Shown in pieces: positions 1 through 9,896 of a DNA stretch of 64,000 nucleotides. The stretch comes from Escherichia phage vB_EcoM_CRP22. Position 1 is the stretch's first letter; every line of letters begins with the position of its first letter. A model generated the notes under the pieces. The model had not been told where the DNA came from. It saw only the letters and a program-made list of their open reading frames with translations, and made no database searches. Position numbers and translations under genes: made by a program. The stretch lies in sequence record OQ708377.1; one strand, given 5' to 3'.

Positions 1-1100
1 GCCCCCTTAACATCTTCTTAACAAATTCTTAACAATACCTACATAGTTATGCTTGTTAGAGACTTGTTAGCCCCTTGTTAAATCTCTGTTAAAACCACGT
101 AAAAGCTTTGTAAGAGTCTTTGACATAGCCTTAAAAGCTCCTGTAAAGCCTTATAAATAGGTGTCTGTATAGTTGGGGTGTAATTACTAGGAAGAGGTTT
201 AAAAGAGCTTACAAGGAGCTATAGAGAGCTTTTAAAAGGGCTATTTAGAGAATCACTAAGAGGGAAAGGGAACGATAAGAAAGAGATAGTGACCATGTTA
301 ATAGCTTGTTAAAAAGATTAAACACTTGTTAGGAACTTGTTAATTATCTTAACAAAATAACTCTTAAAAATTAACTTGTTAGCTCTTGTTAGTCATCCGT
401 TAAGACGCTGTAAAGCCCATGTAGCAACTGTTAAGAACTTGTTACAGCCTTGTTAGTTCTGTTAAGAGTCTGTTAAGACCTCTGAAGAGATGTTAAGAGG
501 ATGTAATAGCTGTTAAGAGATTGTTAAGGATATTTTAAAATTCTGCAAAGGGGATGTTACAGGGATGTTAAGGGCTACCAAGCAGATATACATCTTCTAC
601 AGATATTTTTGAGTTCCTTCAAAGACCCTAAAAAATGACTTGATAGTCCTATTTTATAAAAATTTTAAAATTCTGAATAATTACCTAGACAGTCTTTTAA
701 AAATACAGGCATAAACAGGCTTATAAGATACCTTGTTAGTACCGTGTTAGACCTTGTGAGATAAGGTCTGTAAAGATATTCCTGTTAAGTTTGTTAAAAC
801 AGTCTATATAGAGGCTTAGTAATATCTAGTGAACACCTATAGAGGGTAACATAGCTGACATAATGGGTTACTGTTAAGTAACACAGGTAACCTAGAGATT
901 AAGAGGTGTATAGGAGCTTCTAAGAGGGTATAGAGAGGTGGTTAAGGTGATTGTATAGGTTGTTAAGAAGGCTTGTTAGAAGAGTGTTTAGAAGGTTTAT
1001 ACAGAGGGCTATTAAGACCACTAGATAGATACTAAGATACTATATAGTACTATATAACTATATAGAGAGTAAGATTAAGAAGGTTGTTAAGAAGTGTGGA
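1..1100. repeat. Non-coding array of ~35 degenerate short repeats, consensus YTGTTAR / CTGTTAAG, in both orientations
   Basis: No ORF over 60 aa except a low-complexity one; motifs such as cttgttag, ctgttaag, atgttaag recur every 10-25 nt between 20-600 and again 720-1100. Confidence 0.6.
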
Positions 1101-1223
1101 TATTTTATTCACATATGATGGTGACCCAGAGGTTGGAACAACCGATAAAATTTTATAAAAATTATAAATTTCGTAAATTTTACTCAATAAAAAGCCCCCA
1201 ATTAAGGAGGCTCTTAAGGTATT

Positions 1224-1904
1224 TTAAATCAGTGTTTCCAGAACTGTTTTTAATGATGACTTGGTTGTCTGATAAAAATGAGTGAACCCATTGTTGTTAT
1301 CGAATATCAGCATCATGATATCATCTCCCTTGATTGGGTATACTCGGATATCATAGTGAGAGCCATTAAAGACAGCAGAACCATTACAGAATACACTAAA
1401 ATCATCCACTGAGATATACTCTTCATGGCTTGTGATTTTTATACAGACACCTTTACTCGGTCTCTTAGGGTTGATATCTTCCATCACAGACATACTCTGT
1501 CCACCAAGAGATACCATAGTGACCACTTTACGGTTCTTCTGTCTAAGGTACATTTTAGCTTTCTGTAAAGTATCTTCATAGAACGGATAAGACTTCTCTA
1601 CAAAGATTCCTTCAAGTGGCTCTTTACCATTCTTAACTTCTCTGATATGCCGTACTGTTAAGACAAGCTGCTCTAGTCTGTTAAGGCTTTCTTTGGATAA
1701 TGCTTCTTGAACATCATTCCAGTCAAGTACCAAGTACTTTCTCTCTAATTCAAACTGTTTTTCCATATCTATCAAATCCTGAAAATACTTCTTAGTGATT
1801 TTTGACCACTCAGCAAAATGAATCTTTTTCTTCTTCCGAAGGAGAACCATATCTTTCAAGTTCATCCAATTCATTCTGCGAAGGTGTCCCGTAAGATTCT
1901 TCAT
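1224..1904 (-). CDS. hypothetical protein
   Basis: 226-aa ORF starting at ATG; no motif recognised by eye. Confidence 0.45.
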   Translation of the reverse strand: MKNLTGHLRRMNWMNLKDMVLLRKKKKIHFAEWSKITKKYFQDLIDMEKQFELERKYLVLDWNDVQEALSKESLNRLEQLVLTVRHIREVKNGKEPLEGIFVEKSYPFYEDTLQKAKMYLRQKNRKVVTMVSLGGQSMSVMEDINPKRPSKGVCIKITSHEEYISVDDFSVFCNGSAVFNGSHYDIRVYPIKGDDIMMLIFDNNNGFTHFYQTTKSSLKTVLETLI

Positions 1905-2069
1905 CGTACAATTTCATAGTGTGGTATAGAGTAAGTTTTATTTCCAGATGACATAGCTAAATCTTCTTTAGTAGAGTTATTCAGTATTGCTTTACGAACA
2001 ATTTCTTTAAGTTTCATTTTCACTACCTTGTTTGGTTAAGAGGGGCTATCAAGTAACCCCTTCAAGATT

Positions 2070-2297
2070 TTACTCAGAATCCTCAGATTTCTTTTCAGTC
2101 TTCTTCGTTTTCTTTTCAGCTTTCTTCTCAACTTCTGGTTTTGATTCTACAGTAGCTTCAATAGCAATGTCCAGAAGTTTTGAAAGGTCATCTTTAAGAA
2201 CCGTTACAGGTTGTTCATTGTAGTAGTTCTTGTCAAGGTGCTCTTTCAGTTCGTTCAGAGAGCTAAAGCCGAATGGCTGGATAGGTGTCTTAATCAT
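2070..2297 (-). CDS. hypothetical protein, Lys/Glu-rich C-terminus
   Basis: 75-aa ORF in same orientation as neighbours. Confidence 0.35.
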   Translation of the reverse strand: MIKTPIQPFGFSSLNELKEHLDKNYYNEQPVTVLKDDLSKLLDIAIEATVESKPEVEKKAEKKTKKTEKKSEDSE

Positions 2298-2373
2298 TAC
2301 TTAGTTTCTCCATAAGCATCTTTCAAGATTGCCTTGTTAATCATTTCAGCGATTGCAAAACGAACACATACAG

Positions 2374-2907
2374 CTATAATTGTAGGTTGCATTCTTTACT
2401 TACCTCTTCAAGTTTAACCTCAGAATCCTTAAGTCGTTTCTTATGAACTCTGAATCTTATTAGTGAGATGATAATACCAGCTAAAGGGACAGCATACAAG
2501 TACCAAACATCATATACCTTTGCAGTAATTTGTGTAATGGTTAAGTCTTGAGCTATGGAACTGATTGCTGATACTGCCAGTAATGTTGCTAGGAAAAATG
2601 CCAGTACCATGACAATACTTAGACAACCTCTGGCACGGTGTTCATGCTTAATGCACTTATTCTTTTCGTCAACAACCCTGTTGTAGTCGTTTGTAAAGTC
2701 TCTGTAGAAGGCTTTCAAGTATTCTTGATTGTAGCCTTCAAAGCAACCTGTACCGTACCAATAATCACCACCAAAGTGTGCTATGATACCGGTATCTCCA
2801 TTTGGTTTGGTTACTCTTAAAGAGACGTGATGACCAGTCTTCTGGTAGTCTATTTTATATCTTTCTTCGTAAATCATTTCCCAACCCCTCTCAATCGTTT
2901 GTTCCAC
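2374..2907 (-). CDS. hypothetical membrane protein
   Basis: 177-aa ORF with two hydrophobic segments (LSIVMVLAFFLATLLAVSAISSIA and LYAVPLAGIIISLI). Confidence 0.45.
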   Translation of the reverse strand: MEQTIERGWEMIYEERYKIDYQKTGHHVSLRVTKPNGDTGIIAHFGGDYWYGTGCFEGYNQEYLKAFYRDFTNDYNRVVDEKNKCIKHEHRARGCLSIVMVLAFFLATLLAVSAISSIAQDLTITQITAKVYDVWYLYAVPLAGIIISLIRFRVHKKRLKDSEVKLEEVSKECNLQL

Positions 2908-3107
2908 TCAAGGTCAACAAGTCTTTGCAGGACTTTCCCTCTAGGTGTTACACCTTTTAAGTCTGCATCGTAGCAACGGTAAAAGTCACCTTCAGCGTGT
3001 TTACCATAGCATTTCCTGATATTCTGACTTCTACGATATTGTTCTAATAGAGACAGTCTGTAGTAATCTTCAACTGTAGTTAGTTTTTTCATTCTTTCAC
3101 CACGCAT
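2874..3107 (-). CDS. hypothetical protein
   Basis: 77-aa ORF overlapping downstream gene start. Confidence 0.35.
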   Translation of the reverse strand: MRGERMKKLTTVEDYYRLSLLEQYRRSQNIRKCYGKHAEGDFYRCYDADLKGVTPRGKVLQRLVDLEWNKRLRGVGK

Positions 3108-3175
3108 CTTCTTAAGAAACTAAAAAGGGAACCACCTCTCGATAGCCCCCATCATAGTTAACCTTGTATATTCGG

Positions 3176-3757
3176 TCAAGAGTATTTTTTAGGCAGTAAT
3201 GCACTACGTTTGTTGCTCTCTTCACTCAACAGTGCGATAAAATCGTCACCTTTGCCTTTCCACGGGCTGAATGAAGGGATATGTTCACGAATGGCTTCAA
3301 TCACCGTCTTAAGTGCTGTATTTTTCATCCACCAGTCAGAATCTGCTGATGCTACAACATAGTAGCCACCTTCATCAGTCAGGATTGGCTCTGAGATACA
3401 TGGTGAAATCAGAGTGGTGATGATTGAACCATTATTCATGTAGTATGTGCGCTTCATAACCTTTTCAAGAAGCTTGTGAAGGTCACCAAACAGTGTTACA
3501 AGCTCTTTATGGTCAATGTCTTTTTCAAGATTTGCTCGATACTTCAAAAGTGCAGCATCAACTTCTCTGTCATTAAACTTGAAGTACTGGACTTCTTCAA
3601 CAAGACAAACACTGATGTTGTTGACATTCATAGTCAACTTGCAGACTTTTGCAGGAGAATTGATATTTGGTTGAAAAAGTGCAATACACCCTTCAATGTT
3701 TCCAAAATGTTGTACTAATGTCACTTGTGGAGTGATACTTTGTTGCTCTTCGGACAT
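3176..3757 (-). CDS. hypothetical protein
   Basis: 193-aa ORF. Confidence 0.45.
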   Translation of the reverse strand: MSEEQQSITPQVTLVQHFGNIEGCIALFQPNINSPAKVCKLTMNVNNISVCLVEEVQYFKFNDREVDAALLKYRANLEKDIDHKELVTLFGDLHKLLEKVMKRTYYMNNGSIITTLISPCISEPILTDEGGYYVVASADSDWWMKNTALKTVIEAIREHIPSFSPWKGKGDDFIALLSEESNKRSALLPKKYS

Positions 3758-4101
3758 TACAGTTTCCTCATTAAATACTTTTTAAGTTGTGTGTTAGGTT
3801 TCTCAAAAACTTCTATAGAAGAAATCTTGACAGATTCACCACGCATACCAGTATGTTTGAATATGTAGTACTCTAACATCCCTATATACTTTGCTGGTAA
3901 GTCATGTTTGACATACACCGTTACAGAATCTTCAAATTCAACAACCTTTGTACCATCCTTGTAGTTAAACTCTTTAGGATGGTCGTAGTTGTCGATATCG
4001 TACATTAAAAAGAGTCTTTTCCGTTGCATATCAAGCTTATTTGTTAAAGACTCTTTGATATCTGAGAAGTTTTTGTACACTGTGACATGGAGCTTACTCA
4101 T
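3757..4101 (-). CDS. hypothetical protein
   Basis: 114-aa ORF, start/stop overlap with neighbours (operon-like packing). Confidence 0.45.
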   Translation of the reverse strand: MSKLHVTVYKNFSDIKESLTNKLDMQRKRLFLMYDIDNYDHPKEFNYKDGTKVVEFEDSVTVYVKHDLPAKYIGMLEYYIFKHTGMRGESVKISSIEVFEKPNTQLKKYLMRKL

Positions 4102-4387
4102 CGTTAAACTCTCTGACGAAGAAATAGTTGACTTTGTTATTACCTACCATAAGGTCAAAGCAGGTATTCTCAAAAGGTTTGTTGTAGGCATCATATGAAG
4201 TGTATGTATCAGCTACTTTTTTGGTGTTGAGCTTTTTACTTGATGGATTTAAGAGGCCACCATACAGTTTCTTGATAGCCTCTTCTACAACAGACCAGAT
4301 AATTTCGTCAGTAATTTCTTCGTACAGGTCAAGTTCACGCTCTAGTGAGAAGTCACAAATAGGGAAAATAACCTGTACTTTACTCAT
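4094..4387 (-). CDS. hypothetical protein
   Basis: 97-aa ORF. Confidence 0.45.
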   Translation of the reverse strand: MSKVQVIFPICDFSLERELDLYEEITDEIIWSVVEEAIKKLYGGLLNPSSKKLNTKKVADTYTSYDAYNKPFENTCFDLMVGNNKVNYFFVREFNDE

Positions 4388-4803
4388 TAACGAATAACCT
4401 GTGTGACTTGAATTGCTTCAGTTACGGACAATTCACCTACTTTCTCTTCTTTGATAAAAGTGAAGGTGAGTTCAACAGGTTCTCCCTCTTCTTCTTCTTC
4501 TTCTTCTTCTTGCTCAACTGGAACACCATTAAGCTCATCAAAGATTGATTGGGTTGTCCAGTCTTCACCACCATCTGGGTAGTGAATTGCGTAGAGAGGG
4601 AACTCCCTGTCAAACCAACCAAATACAGGGCAGCCATCTTCATCATCTCGCATTCGATGAAGGGTGCTTCCAGACCCTGTAAAACGAAGGAATAAATCTC
4701 CGTTGCACTTGAATATTACTGCGTCGGCAAAATCAATGTCTTCTCGACCATCATGACCAAATGTGTCCACCTTTACTTGGATATCTCTAACATCTTTATT
4801 CAT
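4387..4803 (-). CDS. hypothetical protein with poly-Glu tract
   Basis: 138-aa ORF; EEEEEEEE encoded by (TTC)n on plus strand ~4487-4511. Confidence 0.45.
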   Translation of the reverse strand: MNKDVRDIQVKVDTFGHDGREDIDFADAVIFKCNGDLFLRFTGSGSTLHRMRDDEDGCPVFGWFDREFPLYAIHYPDGGEDWTTQSIFDELNGVPVEQEEEEEEEEGEPVELTFTFIKEEKVGELSVTEAIQVTQVIR

Positions 4804-5194
4804 AAAAACCTCTCTCTGCTTGTTCGATTTTCGCTTTTAGAACTTCACACCGTTCAATGTGATATCTGGCTTCATGTTCATGCGTCGCCAAAGTTCTTTC
4901 AAGAATGGTTTTATAGTAACCTGCAAGTTGCTCTCTTGTCAATGGGTTCTCTGAAATAATATCAAGACCACTTTCACCTAGAGTATTAAACTGGCCATGT
5001 TCATTTACATGGTAAGTCTCAAATTTGAATAAACAGTTATTAGCAGCCTCAATAGGTGAGAGTTCAACCAACTCAACGGTGAACATTGTATGCACTCTAT
5101 CACCAACTGTAACAATGTTACTTCCAATGATGCGTACAAGCGAACCATTGCGAGTGTACTTAAAAGTCCCAAAGTCACTAGCCCAAAGCTTCAT
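4796..5194 (-). CDS. hypothetical protein
   Basis: Start trimmed from the track ORF (4796..5305) to the internal ATG (MKLWASDF...) preceded by AAGGAG and lying just downstream of the endolysin terminator. Confidence 0.45.
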   Translation of the reverse strand: MKLWASDFGTFKYTRNGSLVRIIGSNIVTVGDRVHTMFTVELVELSPIEAANNCLFKFETYHVNEHGQFNTLGESGLDIISENPLTREQLAGYYKTILERTLATHEHEARYHIERCEVLKAKIEQAERGFYE

Positions 5195-5208
5195 AGTTTT
5201 CTCCTTAG

Positions 5209-5237
5209 AAAATAAAAAAGGCTCCCAAAGGGAGCCT
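5209..5237 (-). terminator. Rho-independent terminator after endolysin gene
   Basis: Hairpin ggctccc-aaa-gggagcc followed on the minus strand by a T-run. Confidence 0.55.
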
Positions 5238-5246
5238 ATGAAGATA

Positions 5247-5711
5247 TTACTTTGGATATATGTTGTCAAGATAAATGGCAGCTTCCATTCTACGTCTGTT
5301 TGCAAGACCTTTGGAGACTACTTTCTTACCTTTGACTGTAACCTTGTTCCACCACTGCATAGCTTCTGCACAACCGACCTTATTACCAGCGTTGTGGTGC
5401 TTGATAAATGTAGAGTCCTGCATAGCCGTGATACCAATGTTGTATGTTTCACTTACAAGTGCATCAAACTCATTCTGAGAAGTTGGAACCTTGATGGCTT
5501 TGTTAACTGCTGCAACGAACTTCTCAACATCTGCGAGAAGATACTGTTCAGCTTGTTCAGCAGTAATTTTCATACCCATCTTAACAGGTTTTCCGTCAAT
5601 ACGGATTGTACCATACCCGATTGTTGGGATTCCGGCAGAGTCTTCGTAAGCCTCTAACTTCAGGCCTTCAAAGAACTTAATGGCTTCTAAGCCTTTTCTT
5701 GAGAGTTGCAT
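5247..5711 (-). CDS. endolysin, phage lysozyme (glycoside hydrolase family 24-like)
   Basis: 154 aa; N-terminal LEAIKFFEGLKLEAYEDSAGIPTIGYG matches the conserved catalytic region of T4/P22-type lysozymes. Confidence 0.85.
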   Translation of the reverse strand: MQLSRKGLEAIKFFEGLKLEAYEDSAGIPTIGYGTIRIDGKPVKMGMKITAEQAEQYLLADVEKFVAAVNKAIKVPTSQNEFDALVSETYNIGITAMQDSTFIKHHNAGNKVGCAEAMQWWNKVTVKGKKVVSKGLANRRRMEAAIYLDNIYPK

Positions 5712-6355
5712 TATACCTCCACTACTGTGATAACTGTAACTGTAACTGTAACTGTTGCCGCATTAGATGTTACAGAGCCACCTGCACCAGTCACTACACA
5801 AGTGTAGATTCCTTCATCAGCAGCAGTTGCACCTTCTTTGGTGTAAGTTGCAGTAGTTGCATCGAGGATGTCTTCCTCACCTTTCTTCCACTGGTAACCT
5901 GTTGCACCTGTTGCCACAACATTCAGCGTTAAGGTATCACCTTCAGTGATTTCTTGATTGGTTGGCTGTTGAGTAATTGATGGTGGCTTGATAGCACCCT
6001 TCAGCTTAGCATTCAGCATTGAGAAGGGCTTAACTCTTGCCAGCCCTTCACAATAAACTGTATCAACATCTTTACCATTGATAATTGCATATTGTAAGTC
6101 CATGAAGAAGTCAGAAGTTCTCATTTGAGCACCGATGCTGTAAAGCAACTCATCACTAAATGGGACTTTGTAGTCTGGTTTGTAGTCAAACTTCTCAACT
6201 TCTGCAATATCAGCTTCAGGCCAATATGAACTATAGGTGAGTGGTAAAATAGCCTCTTGATATGTTCTAAAATCATATCTCTTACCAGCCTTTACATTTG
6301 CGATAAAGCCCTTCACAAACTCTTTGAAGTCTGGGTAAGTCTTTGCTTTAATCAT
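5711..6355 (-). CDS. hypothetical protein with C-terminal Ig-like domain; paralog of upstream gene
   Basis: 214 aa; C-terminal EGDTLTLNVVATGATGYQWKK...GIYTCVVTG is an Ig-like fold signature; N-terminal ~120 aa align with ORF 6352..6723 (FFMDLQYA vs FLMDIQYV); ends in TVTVTVTV from a hexanucleotide repeat. Confidence 0.55.
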   Translation of the reverse strand: MIKAKTYPDFKEFVKGFIANVKAGKRYDFRTYQEAILPLTYSSYWPEADIAEVEKFDYKPDYKVPFSDELLYSIGAQMRTSDFFMDLQYAIINGKDVDTVYCEGLARVKPFSMLNAKLKGAIKPPSITQQPTNQEITEGDTLTLNVVATGATGYQWKKGEEDILDATTATYTKEGATAADEGIYTCVVTGAGGSVTSNAATVTVTVTVITVVEV

Positions 6356-6723
6356 TTCTTTTTAGCCTCTAAATGTGCGTTTAGTCTAAAATAACCTTTG
6401 TGATGCGGAGATACATCACCAACAACAATGCCTTTAACCTTATAACCTTTACCAAGTACATACTGGATATCCATAAGGAATCTTCCAAGACCAACAATAT
6501 GGAACATGGGATATAATAGCTTCTCAGAGTCTGGAATATTGATTTCAGGTTTGTAGGTGCATTGTTCGCTTGTTGGTGTGATATCTTCTTCAGGCCATTT
6601 ACTGAGTCTCCATGTCAAAGGTGTTGGGATAACATCATTAAGGTTGTACCTTTCACCATTTTGCACGGAATTGATATAGGATTGTAGGAAGCAATAAAAG
6701 TCTTTTGCACTCTTAGCTTTCAT
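6352..6723 (-). CDS. hypothetical protein, paralog of N-terminal domain of 5711..6355
   Basis: 123 aa; conserved blocks KWPEEDI, YKPE, LLY, FLMDIQYV shared with downstream gene; ATGA start/stop overlap. Confidence 0.5.
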   Translation of the reverse strand: MKAKSAKDFYCFLQSYINSVQNGERYNLNDVIPTPLTWRLSKWPEEDITPTSEQCTYKPEINIPDSEKLLYPMFHIVGLGRFLMDIQYVLGKGYKVKGIVVGDVSPHHKGYFRLNAHLEAKKK

Positions 6724-6770
6724 TAAATATCCTTATAAATAGTTAAAGGGGCATCAGCCCCTATTCACAC

Positions 6771-7361
6771 TTAAGTCTTGGTCTTAAGTAGGTTCTTAAG
6801 TTTTTTAAGATTCATACTCTCATCAAACTTAAAACCAAATCCATTGACATAATCAATGAACTCGGATTTCTTACTAAGTGACAATGCGTAACTCATATCA
6901 AAGTTCTTACTTGTTTCTGCGTCTGGACTAGAGTTCACATCAAATGAAATTTCTGTAGATTCTTGCTTACTTTTTCTCATATTATCAACCAACAAACATG
7001 TATAGTTTGCTGGATAGAAGTTAACACTACCATCAACGTAGCTATACTTATTATTGTGAATAAGATTGAAAAATACATTAAAGAATGTTTCTGAGTCGTG
7101 GCACACAAGTTTGAATTGGCTGCTCTCTCCAAGCGCAACTAATGAGTACGGACTTTCACTATCAAAGTCATAATTTGGATTAGATGCCGTTACTGTTACA
7201 CGCATCAAGTTATTAGCAATAGTCTTCTGTTTAAAAGAATTTGGGACATAGTGAAGACCTCTATCACACTGATTGACTAGCTCTTTAAGTAGGTCATTTG
7301 CATATGGCGAATTAATTGATACAGAACCATCACTATTGTAATTAAAACTTACTGTTAACAT
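6771..7361 (-). CDS. hypothetical protein
   Basis: 196-aa ORF followed by hairpin aggggcatcagcccct. Confidence 0.45.
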   Translation of the reverse strand: MLTVSFNYNSDGSVSINSPYANDLLKELVNQCDRGLHYVPNSFKQKTIANNLMRVTVTASNPNYDFDSESPYSLVALGESSQFKLVCHDSETFFNVFFNLIHNNKYSYVDGSVNFYPANYTCLLVDNMRKSKQESTEISFDVNSSPDAETSKNFDMSYALSLSKKSEFIDYVNGFGFKFDESMNLKKLKNLLKTKT

Positions 7362-7588
7362 TTTTCAGTTCTCCTGCGATTTATAATTTTGCTGCAATAG
7401 AGAAACGAAGTAAACTCACTGGAAGAAACCATTAAGTGTTGTTCACTAGATTGAGCCATTGCCCTGAAATACATTCCAGTCAAAGCATCGTAGTGACTAT
7501 TCTTTCCAATTGAGGTTATATAGCCATGACTCTTTGCAGTTTTATATAAATCTATAATATCTGCGATTTCTAATTGGGAACTACACAT
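7355..7588 (-). CDS. hypothetical protein
   Basis: 77-aa ORF. Confidence 0.35.
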   Translation of the reverse strand: MCSSQLEIADIIDLYKTAKSHGYITSIGKNSHYDALTGMYFRAMAQSSEQHLMVSSSEFTSFLYCSKIINRRRTEKC

Positions 7589-7980
7589 AGATAATCCTCT
7601 TGTCTTCTGTAATTTTGAAAGAACAGGTACAGACCAATTTCAGAGGATGAATAGTAGAGTAACTCTACCCTTTTTGATTCCTTACAGTGATTGGTATTTT
7701 TACCTTTCTTCGGGTTGTTTGATTTTCTCATTAAGTCTCCTTTGTAGAACAAGGCAGACCTACAGCTTTAAGTAAGATGGTACAGTAATCCATACAACAA
7801 GTCAAGAACTATTGCAAGTTAAAAAAGTTGTTGACAAAGGACTTGACAAGGTGTAGGCTTATAAATACTTAGAAGATAACTTAAAAGGTTCCTCTAAAAA
7901 GGCTATTTAAACAGATATCTTTCTGGATATCTATCTTTTATCTTAAAAGCCTTTTAAGAGGTCTTATAAGAGGCATACCA

Positions 7981-8352
7981 ATGAAAAACAGAACAAACAA
8001 AGGCCAGTTTAAAAAAGGCCAGTCTGGAAACCCATCTGGAAGACCAAAAGGCTCTCGTAACAAAAGCTCACTTGTAAAAGCTCAACTGACCATTGATAAT
8101 TCTGCTGAGTTTGCTGCAAAGTTGTTTGAGGCGATTGTTACAAGGGACGCTGCTAAGCTTGCAGAGTTCGGTTTGACGACTGACGATGTAAACCTGAAGT
8201 CAATGATGGAAGCTGGTAAAACTATCATGACTCACTCAGCAGGTGAGATGAAAGCAATTGCAGCAGACACTAAGAAAACCACTGATAATGGTGGTCAGCC
8301 ACAGACAGATAACAAACCGACGTTCTCTGCTGTAGCGACTCTCAAAAAATAA
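7981..8352 (+). CDS. hypothetical protein with basic Gly/Pro-rich N-terminus
   Basis: 123 aa; ATG preceded by AAGAGG; N-terminal GNPSGRPKGSRNK motif. Confidence 0.45.
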   Translation: MKNRTNKGQFKKGQSGNPSGRPKGSRNKSSLVKAQLTIDNSAEFAAKLFEAIVTRDAAKLAEFGLTTDDVNLKSMMEAGKTIMTHSAGEMKAIAADTKKTTDNGGQPQTDNKPTFSAVATLKK

Positions 8353-8433
8353 TTTTAAAAGGTGTTGACAGACTCTACAAAGTTGCTCTAAAGTCTGTCA
8401 CATCAAACAACAAATGAGAGAAGAGAGTAAAAT

Positions 8434-9849
8434 ATGAGCGAGTTATTTAAACATGCGCACCTTCATGTAGGTCGAACTGAAAATGGTGCTGTAAACCATA
8501 CTTCATCAATGTCTGCTCTGGTAGACTTCTACAAAGCCGCTGGCTCAAGCCGTAGCAATGTAGAAATCTTACCAGACCTGTTCTACAAAGCTTTGCGTGA
8601 GGATGTTGATGTTGCAGTTCGTATTTTACTGCATATGCGAGATGTACGAGAAGGTATGGGTGAGCGTAAAGCTTTCCGAACTGTTTTGCTTCAAACGATT
8701 GAAGATAAGGTTTTAGAACCTACACAGGTTCTTCGCATTATGGATAAGATTGCAGAACTTGGTCGTTTTGATGACTTCAAAATCTTCGTAGGTACTCGTT
8801 TCGAGACAGATGCCTTCAAACATTTAGAAGCAGCATTACTAGACCCTGCAACAGCAGGTTTAGCGGCTAAGTGGTTACCACGAGTAAAACCACGCCACAA
8901 ACAGTTTGTAAAACGTTTCTGTAAGTTTGCAAACTTAAGCGAGAAGGAGTATCGCACACTGTTATCTGCACTGTCTGATACGGTTGAGCAAAAAATCTCT
9001 GCTAATGAGTTTGGTAAGATTGACTACAGCAAGATTCCTTCACTCGCTGCTGCACGTTACCAAAAACTCTTTAACCGTAAAGATGGGGAACGTTACAAAG
9101 CTTACATCGAGTCCCTCTCAAAAGGTGAGGCTAAGATTAACGCTGGTGCTGTTTACCCATATGATGTGATTAAATCTATTAAGTATGGTAATGCAGATGT
9201 TGCTAACGAGCAGTGGAAAGCACTACCAAACTGGATGGCAGAAGGTGAAAACATCTTGTGTATGACTGATGTTTCAAGCTCAATGTCTTGGGTGAATCTT
9301 GGCTCAATTACTGCCCTTGATATTGGTGTATCACTTGCCTTGTATGTAGCAGAACGCAATACAGGTTGCTTTAAAGATGAGTTAATGGTCTATTCAACAA
9401 ACCCTCATTTCATTGAACTGAGTGGTGATTTACGAAACCGTCATCGTCAGGTGATGCGTCATGTTGAATATGGTTCAACTAACTTACAAGCAGCCTTTGA
9501 CCGCATTCTTGAGACAGGTAAGAGAAACAACTTGACTCAGAAAGATATGCCAAGTAAGCTTATCATCTTCTCCGATATGGAGTTCAATCAGGTTGATGGA
9601 GCTAACGGTCGTACAAACTTTGAAGCAATTCAGAGCAAGTACAAAAAAGCTGGATATGAGATGCCACAACTGGTATTCTGGTACTTAGCAAACCGTAATG
9701 GCACTTGCGAAGTGTCTGTTAAGGATAATGGTGTAGCAATGGTATCAGGGTTCTCTCCAGCCACTTTAAAAGCTCTGCTTGGTGGTGAGAAGTTTGACCC
9801 AATCAGCGTAATGCTCAAAGCAGTAATGATTGACCGTTACATCTGGTAA
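8434..9849 (+). CDS. von Willebrand factor A (vWA) domain protein; possible Ro60/TROVE-like protein
   Basis: 471 aa; MIDAS-type DxSxS motif (CMTDVSSSMSW) after a ~270-aa N-terminal region; Ro60 assignment is inference from context only. Confidence 0.6.
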   Translation: MSELFKHAHLHVGRTENGAVNHTSSMSALVDFYKAAGSSRSNVEILPDLFYKALREDVDVAVRILLHMRDVREGMGERKAFRTVLLQTIEDKVLEPTQVLRIMDKIAELGRFDDFKIFVGTRFETDAFKHLEAALLDPATAGLAAKWLPRVKPRHKQFVKRFCKFANLSEKEYRTLLSALSDTVEQKISANEFGKIDYSKIPSLAAARYQKLFNRKDGERYKAYIESLSKGEAKINAGAVYPYDVIKSIKYGNADVANEQWKALPNWMAEGENILCMTDVSSSMSWVNLGSITALDIGVSLALYVAERNTGCFKDELMVYSTNPHFIELSGDLRNRHRQVMRHVEYGSTNLQAAFDRILETGKRNNLTQKDMPSKLIIFSDMEFNQVDGANGRTNFEAIQSKYKKAGYEMPQLVFWYLANRNGTCEVSVKDNGVAMVSGFSPATLKALLGGEKFDPISVMLKAVMIDRYIW

Positions 9850-9867
9850 AAAGTTTTGAAAAGGGTA

Positions 9868-9896
9868 TTGACAATGTGTTTAATACCCTTTAATAT
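9868..9896 (+). promoter_or_regulatory. sigma70-like promoter embedded in an inverted repeat, upstream of tRNA array
   Basis: TTGACA - 17 nt - TAATAT; flanked by aagggtatt ... aataccctt. Confidence 0.5.

Noticed and set aside
1-1100. Possible CRISPR array suggested by the many short repeats
   Set aside because: Repeats are 7-8 nt, irregularly spaced, in both orientations, and not separated by unique spacers of uniform length; no cas genes nearby
155-7865. TATAAATA motifs (155, 6733, 7857, 63400) as T4-type late promoters
   Set aside because: Copies at 155, 6733 and 7857 are on the wrong strand for the adjacent minus-strand genes and are explained by the generally A/T-rich spacers; too few and inconsistently positioned to call
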